A stretch of 64,000 bases of DNA from an uncultured archaeon (GTDB lineage: Archaea > Asgardarchaeota > Lokiarchaeia > Sigyniarchaeales > SOKP01), in the NCBI GenBank assembly GCA_964525635.1, contig CAZGJX010000006.1:1-64000 (forward strand), in the 5' to 3' direction. Under the pieces are notes generated by a model. The model was not told where the DNA came from. It saw only the letters and a program-made list of their open reading frames with translations, and did no database searches. Positions 1-9,326 of the stretch are shown here, in pieces (positions within the stretch are counted from its first letter, which is position 1; the number at the start of each line of letters is the position of its first letter). The translations under genes were made by a program, and so were the position numbers.

Positions 1-1
1 T

Positions 2-1597
2 TTTGAAGAAACCTCAAATAATAAAGAAAATCTCATTTTAAATTTAAATTTAGTTTCAAAAGAATATTTAAGTCTATTAGAACAATATATTCATCAATAT
101 CAACCCGATTTTGGTGTGGAAGAAAAAGGATTATATAAAAATCTAAACTCTGATCCAATAAGACAATTACATGAAAGTAAAGAAATACCTTATGTAATGA
201 TTGATATTTCAGAAAATGCAGCAGATTATTTAAGAGCATCCTTGGGAGATTATAGTTCTTATATTACTTTAATAGAAAACCATATAGAAGAAATAATATC
301 AAAAAATAATGGAAATCCTCCCGAAAATTCTAACATATTTGAACAATTATTAGTGTGGAGAGAATATTTATCAAGAGAATATAAAAAAGAAGAAGATGAG
401 GTAAGAAGAAATGTAAGAGAAGCTTGGATGATGATGAAAATTATAAATATAACAAAAAATTTCGAAAAAGAGAATTTAAAGGCAATATTCATCTGTGATT
501 CATCTCATTTTCAGGGAATTATTGAATTATCAAAGAAATTAAATATTGAAGTAGAATCAATCAAGTTAGAAAGAAAAGTGAATCTAAATAATGGGATTTT
601 AAGAATGAATAAAGAGGGGGATGTTCAATTTTTAAATGATAATATTATGAATTCTAAACAATCCTTAATTGAATTATCTGGAATTAAAATAAAAGAAAAA
701 AAAAAACCTAATAAAATTTGTTATTTTTTTGATACAGATGAAGTAGCATCGCCTTTCGATATCAATATGGCCTATGATGCTGGTTTTGATATAGTTGTTC
801 CTATCAATAACACAACAGCTGAAAAAGTACCTAGAATTGTACAAGACGCTATCTTTTCCAGAAAACCAAATGCTTCTACGGCTTTTTTTATAGGAGGCGA
901 AAATGTGAAGGAAGCAGAAAAAATATCTCAAAAAGTTTTAGATTCATTTGTTCCTCCATTTGAATGTCCTGTCATAATAGATCCACGAGGATCTCATACT
1001 ACTGCAACAGCAATAGTTACGAAAGCTATACAAGTAGCTAAAGAACATGGTATTGACCAATTATCTGGAAAAAAAGTTGTTATTTTAGGAGGTAGTGGTC
1101 CTGTTGGACAAATAAGTGCTCTTTTAATGGCAAATCTCAATTGCAAAACCATAATTTCCTCTAGACGAGAAAAATATATTAAAGAATTAGCAATAGAACT
1201 AAATAAAAAGTCCAGAGAAAACGCTTCAGAAATTATTGGTGCTGTTGGCATTTCGGATGAGGAAAAATATCAAATTTTAAAAGATGCAGATATTATTATA
1301 TCAGTCGCAAAAGCAGGTATCGAAATGATTTCCAAAGAAGTTTTAGAAAAATTACCTCCAAATAAGATACTTGTAGATATAAATCTAGTACCTCCTTATG
1401 GAATTAATGGTTTAAAACCTAAATATAATAATGACGAAATTATACCTGGTCTTTTCGGTATAGGAGCCTTGGTAATAGGGAACTTAAAAGCTAAGATTGA
1501 AAAAACACTCTTGAAAGAATTAGCAAATACAAGAGGAATAAAGATTTTTGATTATAAATATGCCTTTGAAACTGCTAAGCTAATGTTAAATATTTAA
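2..1597 (+). CDS. Methylene-H4MPT/H4F dehydrogenase (Mtd-like) fused to an N-terminal ~240-aa domain; 5'-truncated by window edge
   Basis: Frame is open from nt 2 and aligns with the paralog at 1920. Mtd-type motifs SPFDINMAYDAGFD, VQDAIFSR, DPRGSHTTA, GGSGPVG, DINLVPPYGI. Confidence 0.85.
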   Translation, partial: FEETSNNKENLILNLNLVSKEYLSLLEQYIHQYQPDFGVEEKGLYKNLNSDPIRQLHESKEIPYVMIDISENAADYLRASLGDYSSYITLIENHIEEIISKNNGNPPENSNIFEQLLVWREYLSREYKKEEDEVRRNVREAWMMMKIINITKNFEKENLKAIFICDSSHFQGIIELSKKLNIEVESIKLERKVNLNNGILRMNKEGDVQFLNDNIMNSKQSLIELSGIKIKEKKKPNKICYFFDTDEVASPFDINMAYDAGFDIVVPINNTTAEKVPRIVQDAIFSRKPNASTAFFIGGENVKEAEKISQKVLDSFVPPFECPVIIDPRGSHTTATAIVTKAIQVAKEHGIDQLSGKKVVILGGSGPVGQISALLMANLNCKTIISSRREKYIKELAIELNKKSRENASEIIGAVGISDEEKYQILKDADIIISVAKAGIEMISKEVLEKLPPNKILVDINLVPPYGINGLKPKYNNDEIIPGLFGIGALVIGNLKAKIEKTLLKELANTRGIKIFDYKYAFETAKLMLNI

Positions 1598-1919
1598 TCT
1601 TTTTATTGTCTTTTTTTTATTATTTTATATTTGAATGTTTTATTTTTCTTATTTTGTAATATATATTGTACTTATTTCAAGATAATTTTTAAATTATCTA
1701 GAAAATTAGTCTCTTCTTCGATATTAGATATATAATTATACGTATTCTCTCAAAATGATTAATATATATCAATCATATTACTGAAAACCAGCATATAATG
1801 TTATTCCTAGAGAGGTATATGATTGATAATAAACACTAGATTTATAAATCCGTGCATCATTATTATCATGTCAAATAAAATTTATGATTATAAAAAAAAG
1901 AAAAAGGTGAGATTTTAAA

Positions 1920-3599
1920 ATGGAAGTATTAGAATTAAAACCTTTAAAAAAAAAACAATTAAATCTTATTATTTTGGAAAGTGAGTTTCCTATCGAATGG
2001 TCTTTAACAGAAATTCCATATAATGAAGAAAATTTCATTTTAAATTTAGATATAGTTTCAAAAGAATATTTGAGTTTGTTAGAAGATTATATTTATCATT
2101 ATCAACCTGATTTTAGTGTAGAAGAGAAAGGGATTTATAAAAACTCGCACTCTGATCCAATAAAGAAATTGTTTGAAAAAAAAAATATTCCTTATGAAAG
2201 GATTGACATTTCAGAAAATGCAACAGATTACTTAAGAGCATCATTAGATGATCATATTTTATATTTTAGTATTATAGAAAACCATATTAATGAAATAATA
2301 ATGAAAAATGGTGGAAAATCCCCAGAAGATTCAACAATTTTTGAGCAATTGATAATTTGGAGAGAGTACTTAAAAAGAGAATATAAAAAAGAAGAAAATG
2401 AAATAAGATACAATGTAAGAGAGGCTTGGATGATGATGAAAATTATAAATATTGCTAAAAGTTTTAAAAAAGAAAAGTTGAATGCATTATTCATCTGTGA
2501 TTCATCTCACTTTCGGGGAATTGATGAATTATCAGAGAAATTAAATATAGAAACAAAGATAATCAAAATAGAAAAAAAAGTGAGTTTAAATGATGAAATT
2601 TTAACAATAAATAAAAAAGGGAATATTCAACTTTTAAAAGAAAAAATTATGAATCCCAAAAAATCCTTAATTGAATTATCTGGAATTAAAATTAAAAATA
2701 AAGAAAAGACTGAAAAAATATGCTATTTATTTGATACTGATGATAACCCATCTCCATTTGACATTAATATGGCTTATGATGCGGGTTTTAATGTGGTTAT
2801 TCCTTTTAGTAAGATGACTTCCGATAAGGTATCTAAACTGGTGCAAGATGCTATATTTTCTAGAAAACCAAATACTCCAACGGTCTTTTTTATTGGAGGA
2901 GAAAATGTTAAAGAAGCAGAATTAATTAAGAAACAAGTCTTAAATTCATTAGTTCCTCCATTTGAATATCCTATTATTATTGATCCCCGAGGATCTCATA
3001 CAACAGCCTCCGCTGTAGTTGCTAAAACTCTAAGCATTTTAAATGATATAGAAAATAAAAAAATAGCTATATTAGGGACTGGGCCCGTAGCAGAGATTGC
3101 AGCTATATTGGCAGCAGAACTAAAAGCTAAAATATATTTAATAGAAACATGGGATAAGAAAAATAAAAATTCAATTAATGCACTTATTCAAGATTTAAAT
3201 GGAAAAATGGAAAAGGATATAGAAAATATAATTATAGGTACAAATGCTTATAATATTGAAGATCGGTTTAAATCAATAAAAGATGCAGATATAATTTGGT
3301 CTCTTGCTGGAGCGGGAGTTGAAATAATACCAAATGAAATATTATTAAAATTACCACCAAATAAAATTATTGTAGATATAAATTTAGTACCTCCTTATGG
3401 AATTAATGGCTTAAAACCTAAATATAACAATATAGAAATTTTACCTGGTATTTTTGGTATTGGACCATTAGTAATAGGAGATTTAAAATATAAAATTGAG
3501 GCTTCAATATTAAAAGAAGCTATTTATACTAGGGGAAAAAAGGTTTTTGATTATAATTATGATTTTAAGACAGCAATGAAATTACTAAATCTTAAATAA
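1920..3599 (+). CDS. Second tandem Mtd-like dehydrogenase with the same N-terminal extra domain
   Basis: Same Mtd motifs (SPFDINMAYDAG, DPRGSHTTA, GTGPVA, DINLVPPYG); GGTGA Shine-Dalgarno upstream. Confidence 0.88.
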   Translation: MEVLELKPLKKKQLNLIILESEFPIEWSLTEIPYNEENFILNLDIVSKEYLSLLEDYIYHYQPDFSVEEKGIYKNSHSDPIKKLFEKKNIPYERIDISENATDYLRASLDDHILYFSIIENHINEIIMKNGGKSPEDSTIFEQLIIWREYLKREYKKEENEIRYNVREAWMMMKIINIAKSFKKEKLNALFICDSSHFRGIDELSEKLNIETKIIKIEKKVSLNDEILTINKKGNIQLLKEKIMNPKKSLIELSGIKIKNKEKTEKICYLFDTDDNPSPFDINMAYDAGFNVVIPFSKMTSDKVSKLVQDAIFSRKPNTPTVFFIGGENVKEAELIKKQVLNSLVPPFEYPIIIDPRGSHTTASAVVAKTLSILNDIENKKIAILGTGPVAEIAAILAAELKAKIYLIETWDKKNKNSINALIQDLNGKMEKDIENIIIGTNAYNIEDRFKSIKDADIIWSLAGAGVEIIPNEILLKLPPNKIIVDINLVPPYGINGLKPKYNNIEILPGIFGIGPLVIGDLKYKIEASILKEAIYTRGKKVFDYNYDFKTAMKLLNLK

Positions 3600-3652
3600 T
3601 TTTTATTATTAATAGGAATTCTATTCAATTAATAAGAGGATGAGGTTAAAAA

Positions 3653-3865
3653 ATGTTTTTATTTAATATCAATAAGGACATTCTCGATTTGAGTAAATTT
3701 ATCGATTTTGATAGAAATCAAAATATTTTTTATGAGAATGTATATTTAAAAGACTGCGATTTTGTTATTAAAATACCCCTTTTACGAAAGGAATATATCA
3801 GAGATAGAATTAAAATTGAAAAATTTAACCTAGCTAAATATATATATCTTTTAGATCATGAATAA
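3653..3865 (+). CDS. Small hypothetical protein (70 aa)
   Basis: ATG preceded by GAGGT SD-like sequence; no recognisable motif. Confidence 0.5.
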   Translation: MFLFNINKDILDLSKFIDFDRNQNIFYENVYLKDCDFVIKIPLLRKEYIRDRIKIEKFNLAKYIYLLDHE

Positions 3866-3973
3866 TAAGACTTGAAATAAGTTAAATCTATTGGATATAT
3901 CTCTTAATTAATCTCAGATATATTAATTGATAAAGAAAATGAAATGATTTTTATCAATAATCACTCTTTAAAA

Positions 3974-5116
3974 TTATTCATTATTATGAGTAAAAAGTTT
4001 TTTAGTAGATAAAAATAGAAATAGTCCTATTACAAATCCAAAAGTGATATTTATGAAGAAACAACATAATGCAGAGATTAGAATAATTGGAAATGATTTC
4101 CAATTAAAATCAGTAAATGATATTTTTCCTAATAAAAATGCTGTATAAATTAACATAGCTCCTAAGATACCATTTGGAAATAGACAAAAAATTTCAAATA
4201 GAAAATTTGAAAAAAAAAATCCAAGAATTATCTCTAAAATTCCCTCGAAAATCATCGATCCCCCTGTTCTGGCTCCAAATGCATATTGTGCAGCTAGACC
4301 GCCAGAACCATGACATAATGGCATCCCCCCTAGAAAAGGGCTTACAGAATTTATGATCCCCATATTTATAGCTAAATTATTTGCATTAATATTATGATCT
4401 TCTTCAGGAAATAAATCTTGAATAAGACTTATTGTTGCTATCATAACATTTGTAAGAGTTAATATAATTTGGCCTATGCCAGCAACCAACATACCTATAA
4501 TTAAATTCTCAGGATCAGGTAAATGAAATTGAAATAAAATAGGACTATCAAATACTAAGTTATTAAAATCTAATTGATTAGAAAAAAAAATAAAAATGAT
4601 TCCTAGAAAAACAAGGATAATTGCTGTAGGAACTTTTTTTCGATTAATAAATATTAAAATTATAATAATTGAAATTATTCCAAATATATAATCATTATAC
4701 AACATTAAGGCAGCACTCCATCCTAATATTAATGCTAATCCTAATTGTATTCCTCTTACTGCCACTTTAGGAACTTTTCTAACTATTTTATTAAGGATTT
4801 TTGTTGTTCCAAGTATAATCCATACAATTCCTGTACCAAATCCTGTTGATATAACTTTATTAGCAGACCATTTTTGAGAGATAGCTATTGTCGCAATTGA
4901 TTTTTGCGGTTGGACAGGTAATGGGAGATTATATCTTATTCCCAACACAATATTGGTAATACCTAAACAAAAGAAAATTCCCGCAGGATTTAATCCTACT
5001 ATTGAAATATATCCAATAATGAATGGAACTAAGGTACCCCAATCACCGAAAGCTCCGCTGAGTTCATTTATAGTAAATTTAAAAGATAGATTTTTTTTTA
5101 GGTTTTCTATCATCAC
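3974..5116 (-). CDS. Putative molybdate/sulfate transporter (MOT1 family)
   Basis: ELSGAFGDWGT, PLPVQPQK, PLCHGSGGLAAQYAFGARTG motifs; multiple TM segments. Confidence 0.88.
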   Translation of the reverse strand: MMIENLKKNLSFKFTINELSGAFGDWGTLVPFIIGYISIVGLNPAGIFFCLGITNIVLGIRYNLPLPVQPQKSIATIAISQKWSANKVISTGFGTGIVWIILGTTKILNKIVRKVPKVAVRGIQLGLALILGWSAALMLYNDYIFGIISIIIILIFINRKKVPTAIILVFLGIIFIFFSNQLDFNNLVFDSPILFQFHLPDPENLIIGMLVAGIGQIILTLTNVMIATISLIQDLFPEEDHNINANNLAINMGIINSVSPFLGGMPLCHGSGGLAAQYAFGARTGGSMIFEGILEIILGFFFSNFLFEIFCLFPNGILGAMLIYTAFLLGKISFTDFNWKSFPIILISALCCFFINITFGFVIGLFLFLSTKKLFTHNNE

Positions 5117-5164
5117 TATCTCATTTATTAAAAAAATTAAGAAAAAAAAAAAATTTCTATAGGA

Positions 5165-5950
5165 TTAGAATAATCGAATTAAACAGTAAATACCTATACC
5201 TATTGCATATATTGGAATAAAAATTTTCCATATTTTATTTGGAAAGACCCTTACTAAGTAAGGGGCGATTAGTGCTGCTAAAAATCCTCCAGTGAATAGC
5301 GAGGGTAGAAGAACTAAATCAATAGGTACTCCTAAATTTTGTATCAGAAAAAAAGAAAGGATACCAACAAAGGAAACTATGCTCTCTGAAAAAGATACTA
5401 TCGCCGTTGCACTTTTTTCATAAACTCCAGAATATATTTGTCCCAATGTAATAACAGGACCATAACCTCCTCCTCCAATACCTTTATTAAATCCTGCGAG
5501 AGCTGAAAATGCAGTTAACATTTTTGGTTTAAATGTATATTGTTTCCCTCTTTTAATGCTCAATTTTAAAATCCCAACAAAACCCATCATTAATACTAAA
5601 ATTGCAACGTATGCTTTAATGAATGTTTTATTCAATTTAAAAGTAGCATAAGTAAGCATCACTGAAGCAACTATTGCTATACAACCAAAAAAAGCAAATA
5701 TTAAACCATATTTTGTAGCATCGTTTAATGGTTTAAAAGAATAACGAACATTTTTCATTTCATGGTCAAAATACGTGTCTATAACTCCTGTTATTGTCTC
5801 AGAAATTAAAATTGCAGGTACTATTTGAAGGGGATCAAAATCAAATATTAATAATAAAGGTGTTAATGCAGTCCCAAATCCCATACCTGCCATAGAATCC
5901 ATAGCTTCAAAAATAAAAGCAATAATTACGATATACCATAATAATTCCAT
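5165..5950 (-). CDS. TauE/SafE (TSUP) family transporter
   Basis: DSMAGMGFG and GIGGGGYG repeated motifs; ~8 TM helices; GGTGA SD. Confidence 0.88.
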   Translation of the reverse strand: MELLWYIVIIAFIFEAMDSMAGMGFGTALTPLLLIFDFDPLQIVPAILISETITGVIDTYFDHEMKNVRYSFKPLNDATKYGLIFAFFGCIAIVASVMLTYATFKLNKTFIKAYVAILVLMMGFVGILKLSIKRGKQYTFKPKMLTAFSALAGFNKGIGGGGYGPVITLGQIYSGVYEKSATAIVSFSESIVSFVGILSFFLIQNLGVPIDLVLLPSLFTGGFLAALIAPYLVRVFPNKIWKIFIPIYAIGIGIYCLIRLF

Positions 5951-5960
5951 TAATTTTCAC

Positions 5961-6113
5961 CTAAAGATAAAAATAAAATAAAATCATTGATAAAATATAA
6001 ATCATAATAGCTGCTATTATCTTTTTTCCTGAATTTCTATCCAATCTCATCCTTTCCGTAATATTCTTCTTATCTAATTCCTTTGCTTCCTTTCCAATAA
6101 TAGTTTTTTCCAT
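5961..6113 (-). CDS. Small 50-aa protein with C-terminal TM helix (not in ORF track)
   Basis: Manual translation MEKTIIGKEAKELDKKNITERMRLDRNSGKKIIAAIMIYILSMILFYFYL; GGTG SD; its stop overlaps the SD of the TSUP gene. Confidence 0.65.
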   Translation of the reverse strand: MEKTIIGKEAKELDKKNITERMRLDRNSGKKIIAAIMIYILSMILFYFYL

Positions 6114-6356
6114 AACACACCTTTTTTTATTTATAGTATCTTTAATTACAACTAATTATGTTTAATTACCTGTAGTTATAAATAATTAATATATATTTAT
6201 ATTTAAACTTTTTTAAATATTGATCATAGAGTGATCAAGATTAATAAAATAAGTGTGGATTTTCAATATATTAAATATTAAAGTAGTAAAAAAAAAATTA
6301 GAATATAATATATATTTAATTCCTTATTGTAATTTAAAAAAGATTTAGTATATTTT

Positions 6357-6902
6357 TTAAATATTAATTGAATATTCCAAAATCTTTTCAAAGTATTTAT
6401 TAATTATTTCAATAATAATGATTTTTATCTTATTTTTAATATAAGTAGTATTATTAATTTCTTCATTTTTTAAAGGTAATTCCCTTTTTTTTATCTCATA
6501 CTCAATCAATTGAAATAAATTGTTATTAAAATAAAAGAGAATTTTCTTAGCAATCTTATCCAATAACAATTTTGCTACCTTTTCATCTTGTTTTTTCAAA
6601 ATAAGAATTAATATCAAATTAGAATTATAATCATCTCTAATAGTTGTTAAATACATATCTCTATTTTTCTTCAAATGAATTTTTTCAATAAAATAAATTA
6701 TTTCATCACATTTAAGGGAGATTTGCTCAAACGGTTCCATTTCATTTATAATAAATAAACAAAATTTACTAATATTATTTAGATTTAATCTATGGATCTT
6801 GTCCTCATTATTATTGAAATAAATAAATAGAGGAATCAAACCATAAATATCACTTTTATTTAAAATATGCAATTCAATAAATTTTAAAGATGTATTTATC
6901 AT
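6357..6902 (-). CDS. Hypothetical protein (possibly longin/uDENN-like alpha/beta fold)
   Basis: 181-aa ORF with a beta-strand/helix pattern; fold guess is weak. Confidence 0.5.
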   Translation of the reverse strand: MINTSLKFIELHILNKSDIYGLIPLFIYFNNNEDKIHRLNLNNISKFCLFIINEMEPFEQISLKCDEIIYFIEKIHLKKNRDMYLTTIRDDYNSNLILILILKKQDEKVAKLLLDKIAKKILFYFNNNLFQLIEYEIKKRELPLKNEEINNTTYIKNKIKIIIIEIINKYFEKILEYSINI

Positions 6903-7324
6903 TATAAATATTTTTTTTATTAAATAATAAATATAATTGTAGAGAAGTTCAAATATAATATAAGTAAATCGATCATTTATATTTTTGTATTTGATAATCT
7001 TCTGCTTAAATATAGTAATTATTATTGAGATTGATAAAACTCTTATGGGATATGAAATTAATAGAATTAAATTCGATCCCAGATTTACTACAAAAACATC
7101 ATAATTTTGCCTTAAATTTAATTAAAAGTTTAATTTATTTTAACATTATTCTGATATTTTATATTATTTCAACTGTTTGTTGATATTCTATAAAATCTTA
7201 TTCATCTTCCAATTCTCCTCTTTTACTAAAGAATAATTAAAATAATTAATCAAAAATAATGAAAAAATCTTTAATGATGTCTATATTTTCGTTAAATATC
7301 TGAATATAGTGTATGCCATATATT

Positions 7325-8014
7325 ATGAATTATAAAGAAACAGACATTATTAATGTTGTAATCGCAGGAACTGCTGGTCAGGGTGTTATTAGTCTTAAAA
7401 GATTAATTGAATTCGCTGCACAAAAAGCAGGAGTAGAGCGTATCCTTGGAAGTGAACCTTTTGTTTAATTCAAATAAAAGTACTTAATGCATGGACTCGC
7501 TCAGCGTGAAGGTGCTATAACAAGTCATACACGTTATCAAAAGAAAATTTTTGATGATCCCCGTAAGGATTTACAATCTTCACTGATTTGTTATGGTGAT
7601 GCTGACCTCTATATCTGCCTAGAACCTGTAGAGTCCTTAAGAAGAGGGATTTTTGCTTCAAATAAGACTACTTTTGTTTTAAATGACCGTACAATTCCAG
7701 GTGTGATGATTACTGCTGATTTGGAAAAATATCCTTCTTTGGAAAAGATTCAATCCATATTAAAAGAATATTCAGAGGAAGTATATTTTTTGAATGCAAC
7801 TGAATTAGCTCTTAATAATTTTAATCAAAATCAACAGTTAAATATAATAATGCTTGGATTTGCCGTCGCGACAGGGAAATTACCATTTATAAAAATCATC
7901 CATTATGAAGAAGTAATAAATGAGTGGCTTAGAGATCCTGAGAAAAATATAAAAGCATTGCATTTGGGAATAGAAGAAGGTAGAAAAATAATTAACCAAT
8001 ACACACAAAAATAG
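7325..8014 (+). CDS. iorB: Indolepyruvate:ferredoxin oxidoreductase beta subunit, split into exon 1 (7325-7456) and exon 2 (7487-8014); 219 aa if spliced
   Basis: Exon 1 gives MNYKETDIINVVIAGTAGQGVISLKRLIEFAAQKAGVERILGSE (GxxGQG motif). Exon 2 gives MHGLAQREGAITSH...LEPVESLR...NIIMLG. Both are in the same frame, separated by 30 nt with two TAA stops. Confidence 0.88.
7457..7486 (+). other. Candidate 30-nt archaeal BHB (tRNA-endonuclease-type) intron in mRNA
   Basis: Central helix AGUG(7451-54)/UACU(7481-84); 3-nt bulges AAC(7455-57) and UAA(7485-87); 9-bp intron hairpin 7458-66/7472-80. Cutting after the second nt of each bulge removes exactly 7457-7486. Confidence 0.85.
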
Positions 8015-8921
8015 TTCCTAATACAATAATTAAAATTGAGACAATTTGAAATTTATTTAACTTTTCTTTAAGAATTATAGTCCCTAATATTACACTTATC
8101 AATGGACTTATTGAAGTAATTGGACTTGCACGAGAAATATTGATTAATCGAATTGATTCAAAATAAGCAACACTTCCAATACCCCATGTTATTATGCCAG
8201 CATAAATTAATATAATTATATTTCGACGAGAAATAGAAGTTTTTTTCTCTTTATTATTAATATGATTTCTTTTACTAATAGAAATTATTAGCCATATTAT
8301 TATAGTAAATATTGTTGATGCTGAAAATCGTAAAGCTGTTACAGAATAAGTGTTAATTCCTGGATATTCAAACACAATACGTAAAATAATTAGTGAAATT
8401 GACCAAAAAAGAGGGGCTGCAATTGAAAAAATAATACACATATAATATTCTTTGGATTTTATATTATCCTTATTTTTATTATTTTCATCTTTTTGGGATA
8501 TAAATATCACTCCTATAACAGTAAATATAGTTCCAATAATTGTTAGGAGAGAAATGAACTCAATACCATTAATAATTAATATTATAGCTATAAATATTGG
8601 TGAAATTGAAGAAACTGGTTGCACTATTGAAATTTTCCCAATTTTTATCGCATTAAAATATACAATTTCACCCAAAGCATTTAAAAAACCTCCTATAATA
8701 ATTAAAAGAAATATGTCTATTTGAAATAGAATCGTAAAGGAATGCATCCAACCTGCAAAATAAACTAATATCAAAATAAAAAAAACCGCCGAAATTCCAC
8801 GAATTATTATTGATACTAATGGAGATTCTTTTTCTAAAACTATTTTAATCAGTATTACTGTTGTTCCCCAACATAATGAAGCAAAAATCGATAAAAGTAT
8901 ACCATATATATATGGATCCAA
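7992..8921 (-). CDS. DMT/EamA family transporter
   Basis: Two EamA-like repeats, ~10 TM helices, ILKEK motif. Confidence 0.88.
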   Translation of the reverse strand: MDPYIYGILLSIFASLCWGTTVILIKIVLEKESPLVSIIIRGISAVFFILILVYFAGWMHSFTILFQIDIFLLIIIGGFLNALGEIVYFNAIKIGKISIVQPVSSISPIFIAIILIINGIEFISLLTIIGTIFTVIGVIFISQKDENNKNKDNIKSKEYYMCIIFSIAAPLFWSISLIILRIVFEYPGINTYSVTALRFSASTIFTIIIWLIISISKRNHINNKEKKTSISRRNIIILIYAGIITWGIGSVAYFESIRLINISRASPITSISPLISVILGTIILKEKLNKFQIVSILIIVLGTIFVCIG

Positions 8922-9326
8922 ATATACACCTTTTTTTTTTCAGATTCAATAAAATATATTTTTATTTTAAATTATTAACATTTCTCGCCATAACTTATCT
9001 AAAGATATCTCATAATGAGAGGTAATATCATATGAAAAAAAATTTAGAATAAGTCCAGAATTCTTTTTTTTTTTATATAATACTGATAAGGGAGGATATC
9101 ATATTAACAATTTAATACAATAAAAACTAATTTCCTTATTAGTATTATGTAAGGTCATGAAACTTAAAATTGTAAAAAAAATTTAAAGTTTATGTTATTT
9201 TCATGGGAAAATAAACCCATAAACATTTCTGGTATGTTTAAATTAAAGATTTATTAAATAACATTAATTTAAATGAAGATCTATTTGAATTCTAATTAAA
9301 TAAGTTATATATAATGAAAAAAAAAA

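Noticed and set aside
3895-3960. Two AT-rich inverted repeats between convergent genes
   Set aside because: Expected by chance at this AT content; at most terminator-like.
7325-7486. iorB as a simple pseudogene or stop-codon readthrough
   Set aside because: The stops are TAA (not Sec/Pyl codons) and are confined to a 30-nt insert. Readthrough would add 10 residues inside a conserved motif, and both exons are otherwise intact.
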